In this document: piece after piece, positions 10,945 to 20,863 of the stretch
Numbering within the stretch: position 1 is the stretch's first letter
How the letters are laid out: each line of letters starts with the position of its first letter
Sequence record: OR352946.1
Reading direction: 5' to 3' (one strand)
DNA length: 64,000 nt
DNA from: Escherichia phage AV116
Notes under the pieces: model-generated
What the model was told of the DNA's origin: nothing
The model's input: only the letters and a program-made list of their open reading frames with translations
The model's database searches: none
Translations under genes and position numbers: made by a program

Positions 10945-11620
10945 ACGCAAAAGATACATAAAAACGAATAGCTTCCAATGCATTGATGACATGCAAACAA
11001 AGATAAAGAGATTTCATTAGGTCTCGTTTAGCTTCGGTCTCTTGTTTAATAGCTCGGTTTAAACGAAGGTCGGCATCAGGAGATTCTTTAGCTTGTTCTA
11101 CAAATTCTTTAGCATTTTCCCAATTACGAGTCTTGACTAGAACATCATCATAATATTTACCTATTGATTCAGCTCGTTTCATGATTGCTTCGTCTAATAC
11201 AATCTCATCAAATACTTTGGATGGATCGGTATAAAGATTTCGCATAATATGAGTATACGAACGAGAGTGAATAGTTTCACTGAATGTCCATGTTGCAACC
11301 CACGTATCTAATGAAGGGTCGGAAAGCAGTGCCATAAGTACCGCAGATGGGGCCCTGCCTTGGATAGAATCTAATAATGATTGATACTTAAGGTTGTTTG
11401 TAAAGATGTCCTGTTGGAACTGAGGAAGCTTATTGAACTGGGCCGAATCCAGCATCAGGTTTACTTCTTCTGGTCGCCAGAAAAACGACAATTGCTTTTC
11501 AATAAGTTCTTCAAAAACTTTATGTCGCTGAATATCATAACGTGCGAGGCCAAGACCAGAACCAAAGAACATTGGTTCATTCAAAACATCGACTTGTTGT
11601 GTGTTAAAAACTGTACTCAT
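10945..11620 (-). CDS. nrdB: ribonucleotide reductase small subunit, exon 1
   Basis: 225 codons of an R2-like protein (diiron ligand region ETIHSRSYTHI); apparent stop TAA belongs to the intron. Confidence 0.75.
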
Positions 11621-11675
11621 TATATTTTCTCACTTAGTTATTAACTCATCCATGAGTAAATTATAATCAAAAGTC

Positions 11676-13940
11676 TTAAAGCTTACAAGCAGAACAATCT
11701 TCAGCTTTAGGTGTTTCTAATTCATAGTCATCTGTACCTGACCCATCACGAGTGTTATGATAGTAGAGGTTTTTTCCGCCAAAGTACCAGAAGTAAAGCA
11801 GATCGTCAAGCATTACTGACATTGGCACTTTACCTTTCTCAAATACTGCAGGGTCATAGTAAGTATTAGCAGAAGCAGATTGGCACACCCATTTCAACAT
11901 GATAGCAACTTGGGTCAAATAAGGTTTATTACCTTTCTTAGCAAGTTTCCACGCGTAGTCGTAAAGACTCATGTTATGTTCTATATTAGGAACAACCTGT
12001 CGGAAGTTGCCTTCTTTAGATTCTTTAATACTTACAGGTCCACGAGGTGGTTCTATACCATTTGTGCTATTTGAGACTTGACTGCTTGACTCACAAGGCA
12101 TGAGTGCAGACAACGTTGAGTTACGAATTCCATGTTCTTTGAGTTCAGCTCGAAGTTCTTCCCAGTCACAGACATAGTTCGGGGCTGCGATTTGGTCAAT
12201 CTTTTTATTGTACCAGTCGATAGGTAATTCGCCTCTAGACCATTTAGTGTCTGAATAATACTCACAAGGTCCTTTTTCTTTGGCGAGTTTGATTGATGCT
12301 TTGATAAGGCCATATTGCAATCTCTCGAACAATTCATGGGTCAAATCGTTAGCGTCTTCATATGAAGCAAAGTTAGAAGCTAACCATGCAGCATAGTTCG
12401 TCACACCAACACCGAGATTTCGACGCTTTTTAGCTTTTAAAGCTTCTGGAACCGGATAATCTTGATAGTCTAACAGGTTATCAAGTGCACGTACTTGTAC
12501 TTCAGCAAGTTCATTAATTTTATCTTGGTCTTGCCAATCAAATTTATCTAATACAAAAGCAGATAATGTGCATAAACCAATTTCAGCATCAGGACCATTC
12601 ACATCATTAGTTGGAATAGCGATTTCACAACATAAGTTACTCTGACGAATTGGAGCTTTTTCACGAATAAACGGAGTGTAGTTATTCGTGTTATCAACAA
12701 ACTGTGGATAAATTCGAGCAGTGCCAGAACGTTCAGTCATGAACAATTCAAAGAGTTCTAGTGCTTTGATTCTTTTCTTTCTGATTGTTGGGTCTTTTTC
12801 AGCTTTCTCATAAAGCTCACGGAATTTATCTTGATCTTCAAAGAACGAGTAGTATAGTTCACCTGACATTTCGTGAGGGCTAAATAAAGTAATATAATCA
12901 TTTTTACCAAGGCGTTCCATCATAAGGTCATTAATCTGAATTCCGTAGTCCATATGTCGAATACGGTTTTCATCCACGCCTTTGTTATTTTTCAGAACTA
13001 ATAGGTTCTCTACTTCTAAGTGCCACATCGGATAATACGCTGTAGCAGCACCACCACGAATACCACCTTGAGAACAAGATTTTACTGCAGTTTGGAAATG
13101 TTTCCAGAATGGAATAACACCTGTATGTCGAACTTCACCCGTACCGATCTTAGAACCTTCTGCACGAAGCATACCAACGTTGATACCGATACCAGCTCGT
13201 TTAGAAATATATTCAATAATTGATGCTGAAGTTTTGTTAATAGATTTTAACGAATCACCTGCTTCAATAACTACACAACTAGAGAACTGGCGAGTTGGAG
13301 TACGAGCACCTGCCATAATTGGGGTTGGCAATGAAACTTGATGAGTAGAAACGGCATCATAAAAACGAATAATATGTTTCAAACGGTCATGAGTTTCGTC
13401 TTGGTGTAAGGCCATGCCAATAGCCATGATAGCAAACTGGGGAGTTTCATAAATCTTCCCAGTTGTTTTATCTTTAACTAGATATTTTTCTTTAAGCTGC
13501 ATAGCACCAGCATAAGTCAGGTCAAAGTCTCGTTCATGTTTAATCTGTGAATCGAGATAAATGATTTCTTCTGCTGAATATTGAGACAACAGCTCAGGGT
13601 CATATTTGCCTTCATTAACACAGTAAGAAATATGGTCTATAAAAGCAGGCGGTTCAAACTGCCCATATACATCTTTACGAAGTGCAAACATTAGCCCTTT
13701 GGCGGCGACATACTGATAATCAGGTTCTTCGACAGAAATCAAGTTAGCTGCAACTTTAATACAAATCTTCTGAATATCTTTGGTGCTCATCCCGTCGACA
13801 AGATGGGTCTTAATTTCTTCATACAATTCGTATGGGTCGATTTGTGTTCCTTCACACTGCCAAGTTAATACTTGAATAATTTTCTGTGCATCAAAATTTT
13901 GGGATACACCTGAATTTTTCACTACTTTAAAATTATACAT
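11676..13940 (-). CDS. nrdA: ribonucleotide reductase large subunit
   Basis: 754 aa (same as T4 NrdA); ATP-cone N-terminus and class Ia RNR catalytic core with NLCCEI active-site region. Confidence 0.9.
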   Translation of the reverse strand: MYNFKVVKNSGVSQNFDAQKIIQVLTWQCEGTQIDPYELYEEIKTHLVDGMSTKDIQKICIKVAANLISVEEPDYQYVAAKGLMFALRKDVYGQFEPPAFIDHISYCVNEGKYDPELLSQYSAEEIIYLDSQIKHERDFDLTYAGAMQLKEKYLVKDKTTGKIYETPQFAIMAIGMALHQDETHDRLKHIIRFYDAVSTHQVSLPTPIMAGARTPTRQFSSCVVIEAGDSLKSINKTSASIIEYISKRAGIGINVGMLRAEGSKIGTGEVRHTGVIPFWKHFQTAVKSCSQGGIRGGAATAYYPMWHLEVENLLVLKNNKGVDENRIRHMDYGIQINDLMMERLGKNDYITLFSPHEMSGELYYSFFEDQDKFRELYEKAEKDPTIRKKRIKALELFELFMTERSGTARIYPQFVDNTNNYTPFIREKAPIRQSNLCCEIAIPTNDVNGPDAEIGLCTLSAFVLDKFDWQDQDKINELAEVQVRALDNLLDYQDYPVPEALKAKKRRNLGVGVTNYAAWLASNFASYEDANDLTHELFERLQYGLIKASIKLAKEKGPCEYYSDTKWSRGELPIDWYNKKIDQIAAPNYVCDWEELRAELKEHGIRNSTLSALMPCESSSQVSNSTNGIEPPRGPVSIKESKEGNFRQVVPNIEHNMSLYDYAWKLAKKGNKPYLTQVAIMLKWVCQSASANTYYDPAVFEKGKVPMSVMLDDLLYFWYFGGKNLYYHNTRDGSGTDDYELETPKAEDCSACKL

Positions 13941-14580
13941 AATAATTCCATGTTGGATAATTTGATGATTTTAGACGGCGTCTAACCGTTTGGGTGCTCA
14001 TAGATAAAATTATTGACGCTTCATTTAATGTATCATATATTACGTCGTTTATAATTACTTTCTTTGCAAATGGATTCTTAGCTCCTATCATAGCGTTAGA
14101 AATAGCTTGCTTAGTTGATTCTTTTAATGGGACTCCTTTAGAAATTTTTGTTTTAATTTTTATATTGTATTGTCCGCGTTTTTTACCTAATAAAGAATTT
14201 CGTATCTTTTCTTTAGTCTCTTCAGATTTAACATGTCCTAGTTTGGAACGAGATATTTTATCTTTTGTTTTTTGGTCTAATTTTCGCCCTTTAAGCAAAT
14301 CAACCATTTTTGCTCTAGCCCATCCAAATTCTTTATTATTTCTAGAACTCATTAAATTAACCGCGGTTGCTAAACCTAAATTGTTCGGATATATTTTTAA
14401 TAAAAGAAGATGAGCCAAATAATGTTCTGAATATGTTAATTTAACTAGATTGTATGACTCATTGGTGCCACCTAAACATTTTGGGATTATATGATGCCAT
14501 TCACCATCGATATCTTCAAAATTTCTTTCTTTATTTACTAAGTTTTTATATATTTTTAAATAATCCATAGTATAATCCAC
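13933..14580 (-). CDS. free-standing HNH homing endonuclease (Mob-like); likely start at internal Met near 14568
   Basis: HHIIPK...GG...N...EH HNH motif; paralogous to ORF 41091..41903; overlaps nrdA start by 8 nt. Confidence 0.7.
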   Translation of the reverse strand: MDYTMDYLKIYKNLVNKERNFEDIDGEWHHIIPKCLGGTNESYNLVKLTYSEHYLAHLLLLKIYPNNLGLATAVNLMSSRNNKEFGWARAKMVDLLKGRKLDQKTKDKISRSKLGHVKSEETKEKIRNSLLGKKRGQYNIKIKTKISKGVPLKESTKQAISNAMIGAKNPFAKKVIINDVIYDTLNEASIILSMSTQTVRRRLKSSNYPTWNYYV

Positions 14581-14643
14581 TTTGTAGTATCAACGGGATA
14601 GTATTTATCCCGTTAATTTATTATACACTTTTAAACTGAAGCG

Positions 14644-14898
14644 TTAATTATCCTCAGCAATAATTTCTTCGTATTCTTTAGGTGTCAAGACCGTGATATT
14701 GAAATAAACCAACGGTTCTTTTTCCACACCGTAACCACCACAGAATTCACGATATTCATAAATTCGTTCATGTGAATAACAAATGAATCGTTCACCTTTA
14801 ACTATGATTTCACTATTCGGTGAAGGGATATCTAGTTCGGTAGGATTTTTCATTTCAAAAATTGTGGTGCCATATGAATTAATAAAACGTAAAATCAT
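14644..14898 (-). CDS. hypothetical protein (nrdA.1/td-adjacent small ORF)
   Basis: 84-aa ORF immediately downstream of td exon 2. Confidence 0.45.
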   Translation of the reverse strand: MILRFINSYGTTIFEMKNPTELDIPSPNSEIIVKGERFICYSHERIYEYREFCGGYGVEKEPLVYFNITVLTPKEYEEIIAEDN

Positions 14899-14899
14899 T

Positions 14900-15211
14900 T
14901 TATACCGCCATTTTAGCTTTGATAGCTGGATGTGATTCGTAATTTTTAAGAACGAAATCAGAATGTGTCATCGTTCCGGTAACCCAGTCCATTTGGATTT
15001 TTGTAGGCCAATTCTCAAAATTACTAGGCCAATTAATTTCAAGAGAACATAACTCTTTAGGTTCACGACGAAGAACTTCTTTGCATTGTTCTACATGATT
15101 GCTGTAGATATGCGTGTTGCCGCCTGAGAACACTAAATCACCTGGGATAAGGTTACACATCTTCGCTACAATATGTGTCAAGGCAGCGTACGAGGCGATG
15201 TTGAACGGTAG
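14900..15211 (-). CDS. td: thymidylate synthase, exon 2
   Basis: LPFNIASYAALTHIVAKMCNLIPGD... TS C-terminal region; the ORF's ATG is the last three nt of the intron (ends ...AATG). Confidence 0.85.
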   Translation of the reverse strand, partial: LPFNIASYAALTHIVAKMCNLIPGDLVFSGGNTHIYSNHVEQCKEVLRREPKELCSLEINWPSNFENWPTKIQMDWVTGTMTHSDFVLKNYESHPAIKAKMAV

Positions 15212-16227
15212 CATTATGTTCAGATAAGGTCGTTAATCTTATCCCGGAATTATATCCAGCTGCATGTCACCATGCAGAGCAGACTATATCTCCAACTTGT
15301 TAAAGCAAGTTGTCTATCGTTTCGAGTCACTTGACCCTACTCCCTAAAGGGATAGTCGTTAGGCATTTATGTAGAACCAATTCCACTTATCAGATTTTAC
15401 ACGGTAAGTAACTAATCCTGATGAAATTTCAAAATGTCTAGCCGCATCGGCTGCACATTCAAAAATAATCCCATCGCATGAAATCTTTTTGATGTTAGCT
15501 GGCTTTTTGCCTTTCATCTTTTCAGATAGTTTAGTTTTAGTTTTTTCTGAATGTTTGTGATTAAAGAACGGGTTATTTTCACCTGAACGTTTTCGGCACT
15601 TTCCACAAGTATCGGCCGAAGATGGTATGCGAACACCGCATTTACAAAACTTGTGGTTTTCTGGATTCCATCGGCCATTTTTACTTCCGTGTTTACCATA
15701 AAGAGCTTTCCGACCATCAGGACCAAGCTTAAGCATCTTAGCTTTAACAGTTTCAGCTCGTTTCTTAGCAATTTCTTCTTTTAATGGATGATTTGAAAGC
15801 ACATCGCCAAAAGACGCATCAGCAATATTATATCCATTAATTTTAGAATTTAGCTCTTTAATCCAAAAATTTTCTCGTTCAATAATCAAATCTTTCTCAT
15901 ATGGAATTTCTTCCAGTATAGAGCATTCAAAAACATTACCATGTTTATTAAAAGACCTTTGAAATTTTATAGAAGAGTGAACACCGTTTTCAAGGTCTTT
16001 AAAATGTCTCTTCCATCTTTTCTCAAAATCTTTAGCACTTCCAACATACACTTTACCGTTTAAAGTGTTTTTAATCTGATAAATTCCGCTTTTCATAAAC
16101 ACCTCTTTTTATATAGAAGTATTTATTAAAGGGTAGTCCTACAATTTAGCACGGGATTGTCTACTAGAGAGGTCCCCCGTTTAGATAGATTACAAGTATA
16201 AGTCACCTTATACCTAGGCCTAAATTA
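15212..16227 (-). mobile_element. td group I intron (1016 nt)
   Basis: 5' end TAATTTAGGCCTAGGTATAAGGTGACTTATACTTGTAATCTATCTAAACGGGG... matches the T4 td intron as recalled; length 1016 nt equals T4 td intron. Confidence 0.85.
15359..16102 (-). CDS. intron-encoded GIY-YIG homing endonuclease I-TevI
   Basis: 247 aa; SGIYQIKNTLNGKVYVGSA GIY-YIG motif, zinc finger CKCG...CGKC; matches recalled I-TevI (245 aa). Confidence 0.85.
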   Translation of the reverse strand: MFMKSGIYQIKNTLNGKVYVGSAKDFEKRWKRHFKDLENGVHSSIKFQRSFNKHGNVFECSILEEIPYEKDLIIERENFWIKELNSKINGYNIADASFGDVLSNHPLKEEIAKKRAETVKAKMLKLGPDGRKALYGKHGSKNGRWNPENHKFCKCGVRIPSSADTCGKCRKRSGENNPFFNHKHSEKTKTKLSEKMKGKKPANIKKISCDGIIFECAADAARHFEISSGLVTYRVKSDKWNWFYINA

Positions 16228-16776
16228 ACCTAAGAAAACATCTACACTGCGTTGATACCATTGTAAATCAAGATGACCATTACGCACATTGAACTGATAG
16301 AACATATGGCAAGGAGGAAGAGCCATTTGATTTATTTCAGCCGGATTCCAGGCAGAAACAATTTGACGACGATCAGTTGGTAATTTTTTAATACGGTCGA
16401 TTGTTTCAACTAATTGGTCTACACCACCAAAATCACGCCATTGCTTACCATAAATAGGACCAAGTTCGCCGCTATGATATCCAAGGTCTTTTGCCTGATT
16501 TTCATAGTTGTCGTCCCAAATAGTTTTACCTTGAATAAGACTACCATGAGTACGAATACGCAAATCATTAACATTGGTAGAACCAGACATGAACCACAGT
16601 AACTCGGCAATACAAGCTTTCCATGCTAATTTCTTAGTTGTTACTGCAGGAAATCCTTTAGTAAGGTCCCAACGTAATTTAGTTCCGAACAGGGCAATAG
16701 TGCCGGTACCTGTACGGTCGTCTGTTTCGTAGCCATTTTCTAAGATATCTTTAATCAGGTATTGGTATTGTTTCAT
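16228..16776 (-). CDS. td: thymidylate synthase, exon 1
   Basis: 183 codons ending ...QRSVDVFLG immediately before the intron; the apparent stop TAA is the first codon-length of the intron. Confidence 0.85.
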
Positions 16777-17360
16777 TTATATACGCTCTCAGTAATTTCG
16801 GTGAGTTCATCGATTCTGTAGTAATGAGATTCTACCATAGAACGTTGAAGCATAATATCTTGGACGAAATCTTTATCAAGTTGAACATCGGAATTAACAT
16901 GACATTTCTTAATGATTTTAGTCATCACGATTTCATCGGCATAAGGCAGTGCTTGTTTTAATAGAGCAGGGCCACCAATAATAGATACATCAACATGTTC
17001 AGTAGAAAGTTTAAACGGTACGTCAGTTGCAGGGCTAAACAGGTTAATTTCACCACCCGTTACCAAGGTAATAAATTCTGCTTGGGTGATATAGAACCGT
17101 GCAAGTTCGTTGGTTTTGGTCCTAGGCAGTTTTCTGGCCATATCAGTGACAACCACATGAGTACGATCCTGGAGTAGACGAGGTAATGATGCAAAAGTCT
17201 TAGCACCCATAACCATTACAGTGTTTTTAGTGCGAGCAACAAAGTTACTCATATCTTGTTTGATATGCTTCCATGGAAGTCCATCACCTAATCCAAAAGC
17301 ATATTCCAGTTTATCATCAACTGTTTTAGTCGGAGCGCATGCGAATACTAATTTAAGCAT
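16773..17360 (-). CDS. frd: dihydrofolate reductase
   Basis: 195 aa; MLKLVFACAP...GLGDGLPW DHFR N-terminal signature; overlaps td start by 4 nt as in T4. Confidence 0.85.
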   Translation of the reverse strand: MLKLVFACAPTKTVDDKLEYAFGLGDGLPWKHIKQDMSNFVARTKNTVMVMGAKTFASLPRLLQDRTHVVVTDMARKLPRTKTNELARFYITQAEFITLVTGGEINLFSPATDVPFKLSTEHVDVSIIGGPALLKQALPYADEIVMTKIIKKCHVNSDVQLDKDFVQDIMLQRSMVESHYYRIDELTEITESVYK

Positions 17361-17363
17361 TTT

Positions 17364-17675
17364 TTATTTCCTCAGATTTTTCTTAACAACTTTCCAATCA
17401 GCTTTAAACGATTCAACATCAGAGTGGTGAATCCAGAATCCTGCACTTTCACCATCTTCGTAGAGTGGACATCCATCGCATTCTTCGTTCCAACCCATTT
17501 CACGTAAAGCTTCTTCAGCTTGTTCAAGGAGTTCAGCGTCTTTACCAACGATGTTGAAGTACCATTTACCTCTAACTTCAGAATCTTTGATGCTCTGGCG
17601 TTGCAATCTCATTTTATTCTCCTTCACTTTTGATTTGATAGGGCTACTATAACATAACCCTATCTGATTATACAC
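17364..17675 (-). CDS. hypothetical protein (frd.1 position); true start probably Met at 17612
   Basis: An early promoter (17642..17680) lies inside the annotated 5' end; a GAAGGAG RBS precedes the internal ATG. Confidence 0.45.
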   Translation of the reverse strand: MYNQIGLCYSSPIKSKVKENKMRLQRQSIKDSEVRGKWYFNIVGKDAELLEQAEEALREMGWNEECDGCPLYEDGESAGFWIHHSDVESFKADWKVVKKNLRK

Positions 17676-18067
17676 TACTTTTTAAAAGTTTTTTGCAAAA
17701 GTTTGATGATTTCGTCGACGTTGGTTTCATCTACGATACAATGGATTTTTGTTACACCTAAAGTTATACCTTCGTTAGTAGGTTGAGGCTTTACTAAATC
17801 TACTTCAATAAAGTATTTGAACTCGTCAGGATAAATCTCGAAATAAGTTTCAATTTCACCACCGGCAGAACATACAGTACCGTCTTCCATAGTTACACTT
17901 ACTACGTTTGACGTATCGCTATCATAATCAGGTTCCATTCCGTTTACAACAAAACTAGGCCCGTGGAGTTCAATCAATTTTAACATCTTAGCGTTATTGT
18001 GTGGTGCTTCTTGAACAAAGTCGTCTTTAAATAAAGGGTTAATGATATAAGATTTTCCGATTTCCAT
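17675..18067 (-). CDS. hypothetical protein (frd.2/frd.3 position)
   Basis: 130-aa ORF with early promoter at 18093..18125. Confidence 0.45.
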   Translation of the reverse strand: MEIGKSYIINPLFKDDFVQEAPHNNAKMLKLIELHGPSFVVNGMEPDYDSDTSNVVSVTMEDGTVCSAGGEIETYFEIYPDEFKYFIEVDLVKPQPTNEGITLGVTKIHCIVDETNVDEIIKLLQKTFKK

Positions 18068-18092
18068 TTTGATTTCCTCATGTTGTTGATAG

Positions 18093-18125
18093 GTCTATAC
18101 TAACACATCCAGGTAAGAAGTAAAC
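18093..18125 (-). promoter_or_regulatory. T4-type early promoter
   Basis: GTTTACTTCTTACCTGGATGTGTTAGTATAGACC on the minus strand. Confidence 0.55.
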
Positions 18126-18152
18126 AACTTTTTCGGCAATTTACAGATACTC

Positions 18153-18174
18153 AAAAGGGAGACCGAAGTCTCCC
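18153..18174 (-). terminator. intrinsic terminator downstream of gene 32
   Basis: GGGAGACCGAAGTCTCCC hairpin followed by UUUU on the minus strand. Confidence 0.7.
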
Positions 18175-18180
18175 AATTTA

Positions 18181-19080
18181 TTATAGACCAGCTAACAGGT
18201 CATCGAGGTCACCATCGTCAGAAGACGAGGAACTCATGAAGTCATCTTCAGTTTTTGCAGAACCAAAGGCTTCCATGTCTTTATCAAAATCGTCAAGGTC
18301 AGAAGCAACTTTATCTGCAACAGAAGCTGCTGCGGCTGCTGCACCACCAAGAGCGGCAGTACCAAGAACTTGATTAAATTTAGTATTCAATTCTTCAAAC
18401 GATTTGAACTTATCTTTAGAAGTCATTTCAGAAAGGTCGACCATTTGTTCGAACAATTCTTTCTGGAAAGATTCATCATCAATGTTTGGAATCGCAGATT
18501 GATTCAGGAATTTAGATTCGTCGTAGTTACTGAAACCAGAAACCTGTTTAACTTTCAGCACAAAGTTAGCACCTTCCCACGGGCAAGTTACATCAACAGG
18601 AGTTTCACCCATTTCAGTATCGACTGCAATCATTGCATTGATTTTGTCCCAAATCTTTTTACCGAAACGATATTTGAATACTTTACCTTCATTATCTGGA
18701 GCTTGAGGGTCTTTAACAACCAGAATATTAGCCCAATAAGAAGTTTTACGTTTCAGTTGAGAATATTCAGTTTTGTTGGTATTGTACAGGTCATTTTTAC
18801 TAATGTACTGACATACAGGACAAGAGTCATAATCGCCGTGTGTAGATGAACAGGTTTCAATATACCATTTACCATTTTTCTTGAACCCGTGGTTAACAAG
18901 AATTGTAAACGGAAGTGCGTCATCTGTTTTTGCCGGCAGGAAACGAATTACCGCTTGACCATTACCGGATGCATCGAGTTTCAGCTTCCATTCACCTTTA
19001 TCTTCTGAAGAGAAACCTTTGTTACCATTCAGTTTAGCCATCTGAGCTGCGAGGTCTGCGGTACTTTTACGTTTAAACAT
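18181..19080 (-). CDS. 32: single-stranded DNA-binding protein gp32
   Basis: 299 aa; [36 protein letters not shown]... and acidic C-terminal tail match T4-type gp32. Confidence 0.9.
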   Translation of the reverse strand: MFKRKSTADLAAQMAKLNGNKGFSSEDKGEWKLKLDASGNGQAVIRFLPAKTDDALPFTILVNHGFKKNGKWYIETCSSTHGDYDSCPVCQYISKNDLYNTNKTEYSQLKRKTSYWANILVVKDPQAPDNEGKVFKYRFGKKIWDKINAMIAVDTEMGETPVDVTCPWEGANFVLKVKQVSGFSNYDESKFLNQSAIPNIDDESFQKELFEQMVDLSEMTSKDKFKSFEELNTKFNQVLGTAALGGAAAAAASVADKVASDLDDFDKDMEAFGSAKTEDDFMSSSSSDDGDLDDLLAGL

Positions 19081-19160
19081 TTTATTTGCCTTTATTTAGA
19101 TTATTAATTAAATTTTACAGTTGGTTGCTACGACACTTATACCTCGTAGCTGGTATGATT

Positions 19161-19168
19161 TATTTATA
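19161..19168 (-). promoter_or_regulatory. late promoter TATAAATA upstream of gene 32
   Basis: Exact TATAAATA on the minus strand about 80 nt upstream of the gene 32 ATG. Confidence 0.55.
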
Positions 19169-19197
19169 AAGTAATTTTAACACACAAGAAATAAAGC

Positions 19198-19851
19198 TTA
19201 ATACTTACATGATTTGATTGTTTCTATGAACAATTTCTTAGCAGCATTTCTATCGATTTGAAGTATTTTTCGATATGCCTTTAATTTGGTAGAATAATTT
19301 TGCCAGACTAAGTTATCGGTGAGTTCGTCGTGCTTATCTATAATATTCAAAAACGAGTCCAACAATAAGAAAGTCTCAAATGAAATTATATTGCTTTGTA
19401 GCAATTTGAATATGTAGCTCGACTGAACGTTGCTATTATAATCAAATATCTCTTGAAGCGCACTAACTTCAACTTTCTTACTGAAATAGTAGATGTTACG
19501 TACGTCTTCAGCAAACGTCTCCTTGGCTTGTTTGAGACGTCCAATATATTCCCTATAGAAAACTAATGCATCAGCGTCTGATATCTCACCAATCCATGCG
19601 TCTTGGTTAGCAACTAAGTTGCTTATGAATATCAAGGTGAGTTCCTTCAATTTATATTTCTCTGCTAGTTTTTCAAAGAAATATTTATCTCGGCGTTTTT
19701 GATACGCATTATCCGAAACACGCATGCACCAGTTATATTTGATTACGTCATACCGACCACCAAAGTGGTTTTTGCACATCAAGTATAGTTTATATACTGA
19801 TTTTCCATTAATATAACGTTCTCCGTCAGGAGGCATGCGTATTTTAATCAT
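19198..19851 (-). CDS. 59: helicase loader gp59
   Basis: 217 aa, same as T4 gp59; long blocks identical to recalled T4 sequence (KYNWCMRVSD, IFISNLVANQDAWIG). Confidence 0.85.
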   Translation of the reverse strand: MIKIRMPPDGERYINGKSVYKLYLMCKNHFGGRYDVIKYNWCMRVSDNAYQKRRDKYFFEKLAEKYKLKELTLIFISNLVANQDAWIGEISDADALVFYREYIGRLKQAKETFAEDVRNIYYFSKKVEVSALQEIFDYNSNVQSSYIFKLLQSNIISFETFLLLDSFLNIIDKHDELTDNLVWQNYSTKLKAYRKILQIDRNAAKKLFIETIKSCKY

Positions 19852-20528
19852 AGTTCCATCCAGGCCATTTTGAAGATTTAAGTCTATATGTAACTAAAGA
19901 CGCAGAAATATTAAAAACATTTGAAACTTCTTTACACGAGGCGTATTTTATACCATCAATAATTATAGGTTTTTGTTTTTTAATAGTTCTTTCTTTAGAA
20001 TGCGGCTTTGAATTTGCTATTCTAAGAGCTTCTTTGGTTGAATCAGGCATCGGCTTATTCGTTTTTCGCCCTTTTCGGACTTTACTCAAGGCCAATTTGT
20101 GAGCTTCAGATAGTTTCTTACCCTTATTAGGTGACGGTATTTTTCTTTCTAGTCTTGTTTTAGATACTTTAGCCTTAGTCTCTTCAGATCTAGGTTTACC
20201 TAATTTAGAAAGTGAAATAGGACCTTTTAGCTTCATCACTTTGTTTTTTACCAGGACCACCTTTACCACCGGGAACTAAGTTATAAGTATCATCTCGCAA
20301 AACAAAATCTTCATTAACCAATTCTGCTTCTTTTTTATAGGCGTCCTTGTCATTATCATATTCATAAAGAATTTCGGTATAAAAATTTTTTAGTCCATAT
20401 TTAGCTTTGGCCGCTAATATAGCGCGGCCTGATCCAATATACCAATCTTTCTCTTTATGTTTTTTGTGTACGCCTATATAAATTTTACCATTTATTTTAT
20501 TGGTAGTTTTATACACAACGTATTTCAT
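19844..20528 (-). pseudogene. GIY-YIG homing endonuclease (seg-like) split into two overlapping frames by a frameshift in an A6 run
   Basis: N-terminal ORF (107 aa) has VVYKTTNKINGKIYIGV GIY-YIG motif; C-terminal ORF (141 aa) carries the basic DNA-binding tail; frames overlap at 20205..20269. Confidence 0.6.
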
Positions 20529-20863
20529 AATAAGAAATCTAACGTATTAGTTTTTTCACCACGAGCAACTGATGGGCGAAGCATGTTTTCGTCAATTGCT
20601 TCGCTTGTAATTTTTTCAACAATTCCTGTAGGAATAAATTTAGCAAATTGTGTTTCTGGAATAGAATTTTCTTCCAAGAAAGCAGTTGTTGCTTCTAAAT
20701 AAGACATACCAAATTGTTCAACCATGGATTCGATAATGAATCCGTTTTCTTGTCGGTCAAGCAATTTAGCGATATCATCTTTATCGTGTTTTACTGCTAA
20801 TTCTTGTTCAGATAAACCGGCCTCATCAACCGGTTTAATATCACTTAGTGAAAACTGTGTCAT
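20525..20863 (-). CDS. 33: late transcription co-activator gp33
   Basis: 112 aa, same as T4 gp33; position between 59 and dsbA. Confidence 0.7.
   Translation of the reverse strand: MTQFSLSDIKPVDEAGLSEQELAVKHDKDDIAKLLDRQENGFIIESMVEQFGMSYLEATTAFLEENSIPETQFAKFIPTGIVEKITSEAIDENMLRPSVARGEKTNTLDFLL

Noticed and set aside
13994-14413. 139-aa plus-strand ORF
   Set aside because: Antisense to the HNH endonuclease gene; AT-rich codon shadow
18370-18849. 159-aa plus-strand ORF
   Set aside because: Antisense to gene 32; no translation signals
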